A stretch of DNA of 29,682 nt from a virus (lineage: Duplodnaviria; Caudoviricetes): the IMG/VR virus record IMGVR_UViG_3300023184_000396, positions 1 through 29,682 of that record; one strand, 5' to 3'. Below the pieces are notes generated by a model. That model saw nothing but the letters and a program-made list of their open reading frames with translations, did no database searches and had not been told where the DNA came from. Position 1 is the stretch's first letter; every line of letters starts with the position of its first letter. Made by a program: the position numbers and the translations under genes. This document shows, in pieces, positions 1 to 7,831 of this stretch.

Positions 1-17
1 ATCGCGACGCCGGCCCT

Positions 18-31
18 CCCCCCCCCCCCCC
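18..31. repeat. poly-C homopolymer (C14)
   Basis: Run of 14 C ending ~10 nt upstream of the GGAG RBS of the ORF at 52. Confidence 0.85.
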
Positions 32-51
32 TCACCAATCCGGAGACCACG

Positions 52-435
52 ATGACCGACGTTGCTGCCGCCGAAGAGACCGCCCCGAAGCCGAAGCGCG
101 CCCGCAAGCCGGCCGCCAAGAAGGCCGCCAAGAAGGCCGCCAAAAAGGCCGCGAAGCCGAAGGCCGAACCGATGACGCCCGAGCAGCGCAGCAAGGCCGT
201 CGCGAAGTCGTGGGAAGACCCGGACGTTGCCGCCGCGCGCGCCTGCCGGTACAACATCAGGGCGTCCGGCACGCTCTACCGCTCGATGAATGCCGCATTC
301 ACCGAGCTTGGCCTGCCGATGGGGCGTTACATCGCCTTCCGGACCGCGCTCGTCAAGGGCGGCGTCCCGGTCGTTTTCGAGTACGAAGGCCGCAAGCTCA
401 AGTTCGAAGCCATCCCGGTCGTGAAGGAGGAATAG
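52..435 (+). CDS. Histone H1-like Lys/Ala-rich DNA-binding protein
   Basis: KPAAKKAAKKAAKKAAKPKA repeats encoded by 12-bp tandem units (gccgccaagaag); GGAG RBS; C-terminal globular part. Confidence 0.7.
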   Translation: MTDVAAAEETAPKPKRARKPAAKKAAKKAAKKAAKPKAEPMTPEQRSKAVAKSWEDPDVAAARACRYNIRASGTLYRSMNAAFTELGLPMGRYIAFRTALVKGGVPVVFEYEGRKLKFEAIPVVKEE

Positions 436-490
436 CCTTCATCGCCCGCCCCGCGCTCCGGTTTAAGGGAGGCGGGGCTAAGGCGTCACA

Positions 491-570
491 TAATACCGCT
501 TGCGCCGTCCGTCGATCCGTAGTTCAAAGTGAATGCCGGGTCGATCCGGCGAACGCAGAAAGGATAGCAA
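491..570 (+). promoter_or_regulatory. Repeated early promoter/leader module, copy 1
   Basis: TTGCGC(500-505)-17 nt-TTCAAA, then GTGAAT-GCCGG hairpin-GAACGCAGAAAGGATA before ATG 572. Confidence 0.7.
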
Positions 571-571
571 G

Positions 572-703
572 ATGAATACGAAAATGACCGCCGCCAACCT
601 CCGGACTATCGCCACCTACGGCGAGGCCGCGATTTCCGAACTAGATAGCGCCATCGGTGATATCGAGAATGTCATTTCCAGCCTCGAAACCGCGAAAGAA
701 TAG
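572..703 (+). CDS. Small acidic helical protein (43 aa), not in ORF track
   Basis: AGAAAGGA RBS, then MNTKMTAANLRTIATYGEAAISELDSAIGDIENVISSLETAKE*. Confidence 0.6.
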   Translation: MNTKMTAANLRTIATYGEAAISELDSAIGDIENVISSLETAKE

Positions 704-706
704 CGC

Positions 707-868
707 GTGCCCGTCGTCTGGTACGATATCGGTTGCTCCCCGGCCGCTGCCGCGAAGGCCTACGGCTTGCGAGTCGGCTCTTGCTCTTGCTGCGGCCGGG
801 AGCTTACGGACCCGGTGAGCATCGCGGCCGGCATCGGCCCCATCTGCGCCGGCAACTACGGTTTCTAG
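707..868 (+). CDS. DUF6011-like Zn-ribbon protein or remnant, not in ORF track
   Basis: Reads ...AKAYGLRVGSCSCCGRELTDPVSIAAGIGPICAGNYGF*, the CxxCGRxLTDPxSxxxGIGPxC signature; GTG start with no clear RBS. Confidence 0.65.
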   Translation: MPVVWYDIGCSPAAAAKAYGLRVGSCSCCGRELTDPVSIAAGIGPICAGNYGF

Positions 869-877
869 CTAGCCCTC

Positions 878-960
878 AAAAATACCTCTTGCTCCCACCC
901 TCCGGCGGGAGTACAAAGTGAATGCCGGATCGATCCTGCGAACGCAGAAAGGATATTGTA
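878..960 (+). promoter_or_regulatory. Repeated early promoter/leader module, copy 2
   Basis: AAAAATA, TTGCTC(889-894)-17 nt-TACAAA, GTGAATGCCGGATCGATCCTGCGAACGCAGAAAGGATA before ATG 961. Confidence 0.75.
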
Positions 961-1179
961 ATGGGCATAGTGATCCCCCGCCCCGCAATGCGCTCCCGCG
1001 AAGAGCGGATGATTCGTGCGCGGCTCCGCCATTTCGATACCCGGCACGCAGAGCTTCTCGCGTCCGGCGCGACCGATGACGATGCTACGGCGATTGCCTA
1101 CAAGGAAGCGCGTTCGCTGCGCTTCAATCGCAAGGGGGAAGTATGCAACCGCGCAACCCTTCCGAGCTTCGCGCCGTGA
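961..1179 (+). CDS. Hypothetical early protein
   Basis: ATG follows module RBS; start revised from 922. Confidence 0.65.
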   Translation: MGIVIPRPAMRSREERMIRARLRHFDTRHAELLASGATDDDATAIAYKEARSLRFNRKGEVCNRATLPSFAP

Positions 1180-1352
1180 CCCCCGCAGAACGCCGCCGGC
1201 TGGCCCGGTATCACCGCGACGTCGCGCGCAACTATGATAGGCTTGCGACGGACCGGCGCAATATCGGGGCCGATCTAGCCGGCATTTATCGAGACATGGC
1301 CCGGCAGTCGCGCGCGCTGGCGAAAAAACTGGAGGACGGCAATGGCGAATAA
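1176..1352 (+). CDS. Hypothetical basic protein
   Basis: GTGA overlap with previous stop; MTPAERRRLARYH... Confidence 0.55.
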   Translation: MTPAERRRLARYHRDVARNYDRLATDRRNIGADLAGIYRDMARQSRALAKKLEDGNGE

Positions 1353-1536
1353 GCGCCTCAAGGTCGGCCCCGGCGGCCGGCGCTGCGCCTGCTGCTTTCC
1401 GCCGCCCCGGAGCCGCGAGCGCCGCGCGATCTATCGTCGGGCGAAGCGCGTTGAGCGGCAAGCCGCGCTCCGGGAAGCCCTCACCGATGCAGCCGCGGAG
1501 GAAGCCCGGGCAGCGGAGTTGCCGCATGATCCTTAG
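1342..1536 (+). CDS. Small basic protein with GPGGxxCxCC motif
   Basis: GGAGG RBS; MANKRLKVGPGGRRCACCF. Confidence 0.65.
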   Translation: MANKRLKVGPGGRRCACCFPPPRSRERRAIYRRAKRVERQAALREALTDAAAEEARAAELPHDP

Positions 1537-1711
1537 CTTCAACGCGCGCACTGAGCACATATATCGCGATGGCGCGGCAGTCGGCAGGATCACCCGCTGC
1601 CCGGGAGGCGTGCGCTACACGCCGTTTAGCTTCGATCCGGAGCCTATTGAAGCACCTTCGCTAACAAAGCTGTTAGCGAAGGTGCGACAGGCTCTAGAAG
1701 GCCAAAAATAG
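1526..1711 (+). CDS. Hypothetical protein
   Basis: GGAG RBS before ATG 1526; overlaps previous gene. Confidence 0.55.
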   Translation: MILSFNARTEHIYRDGAAVGRITRCPGGVRYTPFSFDPEPIEAPSLTKLLAKVRQALEGQK

Positions 1712-1786
1712 CCCTTGCGCCCCGGTCCGCGAAGGACTACAGAGTGAATGCCGGAGACGATCCGGTGACGCAGAAAGGATAAGACA
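1704..1786 (+). promoter_or_regulatory. Repeated early promoter/leader module, copy 3
   Basis: AAAAATAGCCC-TTGCGC(1715-1720)-17 nt-TACAGA, GTGAATGCCGGAGACGATCCGGTGACGCAGAAAGGATA before ATG 1787. Confidence 0.75.
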
Positions 1787-2128
1787 ATGAATAACCAAGC
1801 AACCCGCCTCGGCATAGGCCGCGCAACGACTCCGGCCAATAACGAAATTACTGCCATCCGGCATCGCGGCTATACCGATGCCTCGCGCAGCCTGCCCTAC
1901 CCGGCCGACTATGACCGCAAGATGTCCCCCGTCGAACAACTCGCCTACGAACGCGGCCGGCACCAGTGGGCAATCGCGAGCGCGGAGACGGCTGGCGCCG
2001 CGCCGAAATGGAAGCGCAACGAGCGGTTTCCGACCGCTCTTTCCCGAGCCGGGCGCGCGCTCCGCGATTCGGTTCTCATCCAAACGTCGATGCGCGCCGG
2101 CTTCTATGCCTTCCGGCGGGAGGCATAG
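1787..2128 (+). CDS. Hypothetical early protein
   Basis: ATG after module RBS; abuts next gene. Confidence 0.7.
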   Translation: MNNQATRLGIGRATTPANNEITAIRHRGYTDASRSLPYPADYDRKMSPVEQLAYERGRHQWAIASAETAGAAPKWKRNERFPTALSRAGRALRDSVLIQTSMRAGFYAFRREA

Positions 2129-3112
2129 ATGAGCGCCCAGAAAGAGCTAACCGCCGATCAGCTTGCGATCATAGAAAAGGTCCGCAAGCTTCTCGCCCTC
2201 GCGGAAGCCAACGACAACCCCAACGAAGCCGCGGCAGCGGGCGCGAAGGCGCAAAAGCTGCTGGCCGACTACAATCTGGAAAGCGCTAACGTCGAGGGCG
2301 CGACGCAGGACGACGCCCGGGAAGCGGTGAAGCTCGATGGCGGCACGCACGCCTTCCAGCGCGATCTTTGGCGGGCAGTCGCGGAGCTTAATTTTTGCTC
2401 CTACTGGGCGCAGGAATACACCGCGACTGAGACCAAGCACGTCTGGTCGAAGGCCGGCGCCTCGCTCGGCACTCAAACCAAGCAGGTAAAGCGTCATCGC
2501 CACAACCTTATCGGTCGAATCGTCAACGCCCGTATGACAGTCGCGATGGCGACTTACTTGCTGGAAGCGATTGAGCGCGTCCTGCGCGAGCGCTTGAACG
2601 GCGCCCCCGCCGGCTCTAACTGGGCGTGGAGCTTCAGGAAGGGCGCCGCGTCCACCCTAGTCGGCAAGCTTTACGACCGGCGCGCGGAGTACATCGCGGA
2701 AGAGAACGAAAGGGCGCGACGTGCGGCAGCGTCGAGTGGGCCTGCCTCCGGCTCCACCGCGCTCACCCTCACGACCTTCGCGAAGAGCGAGAAGGAACGC
2801 AACGATGACTTCCGCTTTGGCGAAGGCTGGAGCGCGCGGCAGGCAATCGCGGCAGCAAAGGCCGTCGCGGCCCACGACAAGATGCGCAAGGCGTTCACGG
2901 AGTGGCGCGAGAAGCATCCCAAGGCGCCCGCTAGCAAGTTCAAGTTCACCGACGAGAACGGGACCGAGTGGCGCTACGGTCGCGCCTCCAGCGGACGCAG
3001 CGCCCGCGATACTTCGATCAATGCCGATGCCTACGATGACGGCCGGCAAGCCGCGGAGGATATCGGGCTGGACACTCAGGTTGCGCACGCGCCGCAGGGG
3101 AGGCTTGGGTGA
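2129..3112 (+). CDS. DUF2786 domain protein
   Basis: N-terminal IIEKVRKLLALAEANDNPNEAAAAGAKAQKLLADYNL; GGAGG RBS. Confidence 0.85.
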   Translation: MSAQKELTADQLAIIEKVRKLLALAEANDNPNEAAAAGAKAQKLLADYNLESANVEGATQDDAREAVKLDGGTHAFQRDLWRAVAELNFCSYWAQEYTATETKHVWSKAGASLGTQTKQVKRHRHNLIGRIVNARMTVAMATYLLEAIERVLRERLNGAPAGSNWAWSFRKGAASTLVGKLYDRRAEYIAEENERARRAAASSGPASGSTALTLTTFAKSEKERNDDFRFGEGWSARQAIAAAKAVAAHDKMRKAFTEWREKHPKAPASKFKFTDENGTEWRYGRASSGRSARDTSINADAYDDGRQAAEDIGLDTQVAHAPQGRLG

Positions 3113-3369
3113 AGCTCTTCTCCACCAACTTGGGCGGCAATCTGCATGACGCCACTAATTTTGTGAACCGGATGGGATGGGCAACAAACGTCGTTCACTT
3201 CCATTGCACAACCGGACACAACTCTATCATCATCCTCCGGTTCGCGGACGACTACGACCCGGAGGCTGCGATGCGCGCGACCGACCGCACGACGCCGCCG
3301 CGATCTAACGCAGCGGCGTATTTTATGAATCCTAGAAACATGAAGAAAGGAGAACCGCCACCGTGGTAA
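3109..3369 (+). CDS. Hypothetical protein
   Basis: GTGA overlap, GGAGG RBS. Confidence 0.6.
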   Translation: MKLFSTNLGGNLHDATNFVNRMGWATNVVHFHCTTGHNSIIILRFADDYDPEAAMRATDRTTPPRSNAAAYFMNPRNMKKGEPPPW

Positions 3370-3542
3370 ACCAAAAAGAAACCTACCTAGGCGACGGCGT
3401 GTATGCGTCGTTCGACGGATATCAAATCTGGCTGCGAACGCTGGAAGGCAACCGCATCGCGCTGGAGTCCGTTGCCTACCTAGCGTTGCTCGCTTATGTC
3501 AAACAACTCCGCGTTGACCCTCCGGCAGAACTCGCGGAATAA
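3363..3542 (+). CDS. Small phage protein (59 aa), not in ORF track
   Basis: AAAGGAG RBS, GTG start; MVNQKETYLGDGVYASFDGYQIWLRTLEGNRIALE... Confidence 0.7.
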   Translation: MVNQKETYLGDGVYASFDGYQIWLRTLEGNRIALESVAYLALLAYVKQLRVDPPAELAE

Positions 3543-3600
3543 TCCCCTTGCCTCCCGCGACGCGAGAGGCGACGATAGCAACCACAGAAAGGATATCGAC
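3538..3600 (+). promoter_or_regulatory. Early promoter/RBS module, degenerate copy 4
   Basis: AATAAT, TTGCCT(3548-3553)-17 nt-GACGAT, CAGAAAGGATA before ATG 3601; no leader hairpin. Confidence 0.55.
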
Positions 3601-3855
3601 ATGACCGCTCATAGCATTCAGAGCCACGCAGGCGGGGCGCGACCGTGGCCGCCCGGCCGCAACTACTTCGTTTACAATGCCGGGACCGGCACCTATTACG
3701 CCGGCACCGTCACGGAAGGCTATGCCCCCGCGCTGCGCCTCGCGCGCGACCGCGCGACCGCGGCAGCCTTCACCTTGAAGTCAGAGGCGAGCAACGTGCA
3801 ACGCCGCCTTGTCCGCCGTCAGCGCGGCTGGATCGTGGTAGGAGCTTCGCCGTGA
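3601..3855 (+). CDS. Hypothetical early protein
   Basis: ATG after AGAAAGGA RBS; start revised from 3496. Confidence 0.65.
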   Translation: MTAHSIQSHAGGARPWPPGRNYFVYNAGTGTYYAGTVTEGYAPALRLARDRATAAAFTLKSEASNVQRRLVRRQRGWIVVGASP

Positions 3856-4244
3856 ATTGGAAATATTGTCTAAGCGTGCCGCCCGGCTTCACCGAGGAAG
3901 AATTGCGCGACTTCATGAAAGGGCGTCTAGGCGTTAGCCCCGTTTTCTTAGAGCCTGCTAAGAAGCGCATTTTGGTCGGCGGGAGTACCAACGAGATGGC
4001 AATTGAGGAGGCGCAAGATTTGTGGCGCGCTATGTCGCTTCGCGGGATCGTTAGCCGTCTCACGGCCTATGCCCTGCCGCGCTGCCCGTTCTGCGGCGGC
4101 GAGAACACGGAAACCGGAGCCTATCCGGTTCCCCGTATTAACCAAGGGTTTTACGTCACGTTCTGTCGCGATTGCGGGGCGGGCGGGCCGAACAAGCCCA
4201 CCGCCGAGGCCGCGGAAGCCGCATGGGAGAGGCGCGCGCAATGA
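3852..4244 (+). CDS. Protein with C-terminal Lar-family (restriction alleviation) Zn finger
   Basis: CPFCGG...CRDCGAGGP...AEAAEAAWERRA; AGGAG RBS and GTGA overlap. Confidence 0.7.
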   Translation: MNWKYCLSVPPGFTEEELRDFMKGRLGVSPVFLEPAKKRILVGGSTNEMAIEEAQDLWRAMSLRGIVSRLTAYALPRCPFCGGENTETGAYPVPRINQGFYVTFCRDCGAGGPNKPTAEAAEAAWERRAQ

Positions 4245-5167
4245 TTGGACAATCCCCTCAACTGATTGTCGGAGCCGGCCTAGCGGGCCTGCTAGCGGCG
4301 CATGCGTGGCCGGGGATACCTCTCTTGGAGGTATCCCCGGGACCGGGCGCCGGCCACCGCGCGCTGCTCCGGTTTCGCAGCGACGCCGTGAGCCGTCTAA
4401 CCGGAATCGACTTCCGCAAGGTGATCGTCCGCAAGGGCATCTGGTCCAACGGCCGGTTCGTCGCGCCCACCATCGCCCGCGCTAACGCCTATTCGTTTAA
4501 GGTGCTAGGAGAATACACCTCCGACCGCTCAATCTGGAATATCGACCCGGTGACGCGCTTCGTTGCGCCAGAGTCGTTCTATGATCAGCTAGTCGAGTAT
4601 GCCGGCAGCCGCATTCAATGGAATACGCCGTGCGACTTCTCGTCCCCGAATATCGCGTCGCCGATCATCTCGACGGCGCCGCTCGATAGCACCCTAGCCG
4701 CATGCGGGATGCGCCCGTTGGAAATGAAGCGGGCAGCAATCGGCGTTGCGCGCTTCCGCATCCCGGGCGCCGATCTATTCCAGACGGTCTATTTTCCGGA
4801 CGCAGAGTTAGGCGTTTATCGCGCCTCGATCACTGACGATCTTCTTATCATCGAGACGGCGGACGGCACCCCCGGTGTGCTTAGCGCCGAAATTGCGGCA
4901 GTCGAGCGCGCGCTGGGCATCCCTTACGACCGCTGGCGTGTTCTCGATGAAAGCAAGCAAAAATACGGCAAGATCATCCCGTTGCAGGATGAAGTGCGCA
5001 AGTCGATCCTTTTCCAGCTAACCCACGATCATGGGATATACAGCCTAGGCCGGTTCGCGACGTGGCGAAACGTCCTGCTAGACGACGTGGTGGACGACAT
5101 CGTAGTTATCAAGCGTCTGCTGCGCTCCGGCGATAAGTACGACGTTGCCCGGGCACGCGCATCGTGA
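4241..5167 (+). CDS. FAD/NAD(P)-dependent oxidoreductase (UDP-galactopyranose mutase-like fold)
   Basis: LIVGAGLAGLLAA dinucleotide-binding motif; C-terminal YSLGRFATWRNVLLDDVV resembling the UGM GR motif; ATGA overlap. Confidence 0.75.
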   Translation: MIGQSPQLIVGAGLAGLLAAHAWPGIPLLEVSPGPGAGHRALLRFRSDAVSRLTGIDFRKVIVRKGIWSNGRFVAPTIARANAYSFKVLGEYTSDRSIWNIDPVTRFVAPESFYDQLVEYAGSRIQWNTPCDFSSPNIASPIISTAPLDSTLAACGMRPLEMKRAAIGVARFRIPGADLFQTVYFPDAELGVYRASITDDLLIIETADGTPGVLSAEIAAVERALGIPYDRWRVLDESKQKYGKIIPLQDEVRKSILFQLTHDHGIYSLGRFATWRNVLLDDVVDDIVVIKRLLRSGDKYDVARARAS

Positions 5168-5418
5168 ACGCCCGGTGGCGCTGCCGGTTTTGCGCGACGA
5201 CCGGCTGGGGTAATATCGTGCCGCATGATCGCCCGGACGGCGATAGTTGCCGGCCCTCCGGGCAGCTATCGGAGGCGAAGAGCAAGGCCGCGCTCGCGCG
5301 ACGGCTGAGAGATAGTGACGGGGTGAAGCATCCCGTTACCGCGGCCCGGATTACGGCTGAGACGACCACTATAGTCGCACCGGGCCGCCCCTATTTGAAG
5401 GAGACGAACGATGGCTGA
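5164..5418 (+). CDS. Small Cys-containing hypothetical protein
   Basis: GTGA overlap; CRFC...H...C. Confidence 0.5.
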   Translation: MNARWRCRFCATTGWGNIVPHDRPDGDSCRPSGQLSEAKSKAALARRLRDSDGVKHPVTAARITAETTTIVAPGRPYLKETNDG

Positions 5419-5575
5419 TGAAAAGACGGAAGCGCGCGGCGAAGATACCGGCGAGTCGATCATGCTGATCGATAAGGACGGAAATGAAGTTCCGGTGCCG
5501 CCGATGTCGAAAAAGAAAAACGTCACCCTCCATATCTATCTGCCGAAAGACGGCGGCGATGAGGCGATGTCATGA
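5411..5575 (+). CDS. Small acidic protein (54 aa), not in ORF track
   Basis: AAGGAG RBS; MADEKTEARGED...NVTLHIYLPKDGGDEAMS*; ATGA-coupled to the ART gene. Confidence 0.65.
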   Translation: MADEKTEARGEDTGESIMLIDKDGNEVPVPPMSKKKNVTLHIYLPKDGGDEAMS

Positions 5576-6912
5576 TCCGGGCCGTGATGGTGTTTGACGA
5601 CGCTTCCTTTAAGGAAGGTGAGCACAAACGCGATAAGGGCGGGAAGTTCTCCACAACAGGCGGCGGGGGCGGCTCCTCCTCCGCTTCGCCTTCGTCAACC
5701 GCCGAAGGCGAAGCGGAGACGAAAGGCGGCGGCAAGTATCACGTCCATTACAAGATGGTATCGCTGCTGAAAGACAACGGCTTCAAGCAGGCGAAGGGCG
5801 GCCCGACTCCGGACAACAATTTTCATTTCGATCACCCGTCCGGCGCGAAGGTAGTCATCCATCCGCATCCGGAGGGAAAGAAAAGCTCCACCGAGTACAC
5901 GCTAGAGAAGCCGGGCAGCGAGCCGCTAAAGGGCAGCGGCCTAGCCCTTAAGAAGCTCCTAGACCTCGCGGTGGAGAAGCAAACCGCCGCTAATCCGCCG
6001 GCCGCGGAACCGCCGAAGGCCGAACCGCCTGCGACTATCGAGAAGCTCAATGAAGCCCTCGCGGCGCCAACCGCGAAACCTAAGGATCTCGCGGCAACGC
6101 TTATCGATAAAGGCTACAATTTCGAGAAAGCAATCGGAGACAAGCAGCACGTATCCGTGTTCAAGAAAGGTGACGCGAAGGTTGAGTTCGATCTAGACAA
6201 GGACACTTGGCTTGCATCAACGCCCGGCTACCAGACGAAGGAAGGCAGCGGCGCGGAGAACCTCGCGGACTTGCTCGCGGGCGGCAAGGCCACCGAGAAG
6301 AACGGTGAGTTTACTTGGAAAAATTCCTCCAAGACAACCTTGGCCGCAGGAACGTCGAGCGGCGGCGCTGCGCCATCGGGCAACACGGCGAACGAGCCGC
6401 CGGAGAACGCCACTCACAAGATGCTCGCGAAGGCCGCGCCCGCCGCGAGCGACGCGGAAGAGAAGGCGATCAGCGACTACACCGGCAGTTCGTACAAAGC
6501 TTGGAATAACAGCCTGCGACATGATCCGCATTTCGCCGCAACGGATATGCGGACTAAGCGGCTCGATCAATACCTCGCGCGCGCAACGATCCCGGAGGAC
6601 GTTACGCTATATCGCAAAATCGGCGGCGAGTTCGCGCAACATCTATTCTCTGTCCTGTTTGAGGGCGCAAAGTATAGCGACAAGGGATACAGCAGTACGT
6701 CCACGCACGAAGAGGTGTGGCACGGCGAAGTGAAAATGATTATCGATGTCAAGAAAGGAGCGAAGGGCGCGAGCGTTAAGGCAATCTCTGCGCACGGCAA
6801 GGAAAATGAAGTATTGCTGGCGCGCGATACTCGATACATCGTTAACAAGATCGATCACGCAACGAAAACCCTGCACGTTTCGATAGACCAAGACCACGTC
6901 CCGAAAGGATAA
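5572..6912 (+). CDS. ADP-ribosyltransferase (VIP2/Alt-like, R-S-E clade) with N-terminal repeats
   Basis: YTGSSYKAWNNSLR, LYR, YSSTS and ENEVLL motifs in the C-terminal domain. Confidence 0.88.
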   Translation: MIRAVMVFDDASFKEGEHKRDKGGKFSTTGGGGGSSSASPSSTAEGEAETKGGGKYHVHYKMVSLLKDNGFKQAKGGPTPDNNFHFDHPSGAKVVIHPHPEGKKSSTEYTLEKPGSEPLKGSGLALKKLLDLAVEKQTAANPPAAEPPKAEPPATIEKLNEALAAPTAKPKDLAATLIDKGYNFEKAIGDKQHVSVFKKGDAKVEFDLDKDTWLASTPGYQTKEGSGAENLADLLAGGKATEKNGEFTWKNSSKTTLAAGTSSGGAAPSGNTANEPPENATHKMLAKAAPAASDAEEKAISDYTGSSYKAWNNSLRHDPHFAATDMRTKRLDQYLARATIPEDVTLYRKIGGEFAQHLFSVLFEGAKYSDKGYSSTSTHEEVWHGEVKMIIDVKKGAKGASVKAISAHGKENEVLLARDTRYIVNKIDHATKTLHVSIDQDHVPKG

Positions 6913-6917
6913 CCATC

Positions 6918-7640
6918 ATGAAAGCTACCCTAATCTCCTACACCCCGCACGCCGTCGAGCTTTTGCTATTCACAAAATCGACTCGTTTGAATATGGCACC
7001 GTCGCTGCTAAACGAAATCCACGAATGGTCGCCCAAGAAGAAAGCCGCAGAGCTAGATTATATGGCGCGCACCATTCCTAGCTCGTGGGAGTTTGTGGAC
7101 TACGTGTTTTTGCTGGAAGGCGTTAGCCGCGCCTTCACCCATCAGCTAGTGCGGACGCGCCACGGTTCCTATGCGCAACAGAGCTTGCGCGTCGTGGACG
7201 CGGGGGCTTTCGATTACGTGCATACCGCGCGGAGCAGGGCGGACGAAACCACGGCCCAGACTATCGAATATGCAATGGGCAATGTCCAAGCCGCGTATCG
7301 TAAATTGCGAAATTGCGGACTGCCGACAGAGGACGCGCGCGGCATCCTGCCCACGAACATCGCCACGAACATCGTAGCCAAGTTCAACCTCCGGACCTTC
7401 GCGGAGCTTGCCCGCTCGCGGACCGGCGGCCGGACGCAGGGCGAGTATCAGGACGTATTGAACGCCATGGCAGACGCGGCGGTTGCCGTCCACCCGTGGC
7501 TGCCGCTCTTCCTTTTCCCGAAGGGTCGTGACGCCTTCGCGGAAATCGAGGCTTTCGCGACGCGCACCTTCCCCGATGACCTCGCGAAGAAGGGCGAGCT
7601 TTTGAAGATCGTTGACGCGATGCGCAAGGGGGAATCGTGA
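6918..7640 (+). CDS. thyX: FAD-dependent thymidylate synthase (ThyX)-family protein, atypical
   Basis: SRAFTHQLVRTRHGSYAQQSLR (RHRxxSxxxxSxR variant), EDARGILP, NLR. Confidence 0.85.
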   Translation: MKATLISYTPHAVELLLFTKSTRLNMAPSLLNEIHEWSPKKKAAELDYMARTIPSSWEFVDYVFLLEGVSRAFTHQLVRTRHGSYAQQSLRVVDAGAFDYVHTARSRADETTAQTIEYAMGNVQAAYRKLRNCGLPTEDARGILPTNIATNIVAKFNLRTFAELARSRTGGRTQGEYQDVLNAMADAAVAVHPWLPLFLFPKGRDAFAEIEAFATRTFPDDLAKKGELLKIVDAMRKGES

Positions 7641-7831
7641 TGCGCGGCGATCTAATCGATATCACCGTGATGATCGAACGGGAGACTGAGAAGGCATGGG
7701 GCCTGAATAACGGCACGGCGCCGCTTATCTGGATTCCGAAAAGCATGAGTGAAGTGGACGACCGCAAGCCGAACGGCCTAGCAACGATGACGCTGCCGGA
7801 AAACTTCGCGAAAGAGAAGGGGTTGATATGA
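7637..7831 (+). CDS. Small phage protein
   Basis: RETEKAW...WIPKS...EKGLI; overlaps both neighbours. Confidence 0.7.
   Translation: MMRGDLIDITVMIERETEKAWGLNNGTAPLIWIPKSMSEVDDRKPNGLATMTLPENFAKEKGLI

Noticed and set aside
435-484. GC-rich hairpin as a rho-independent terminator
   Set aside because: A stem is present (GCCCCGC/GCGGGGC) but there is no U-tract on either side
701-703. TAG reassignment (alternative genetic code)
   Set aside because: TAG ends many well-defined genes (helicase, SSB-like, dnaQ) and long genes are uninterrupted in the standard code
491-1786. Repeats as a CRISPR array
   Set aside because: Copies are hundreds of bases apart, separated by genes, and each contains promoter and RBS elements; no cas genes seen
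865-3149. Long antisense or alternate-frame ORFs (865-1593, 1694-2083, 2657-3088, 2721-3149)
   Set aside because: Arg/Pro-rich shadow ORFs of GC-rich genes with no RBS or motifs
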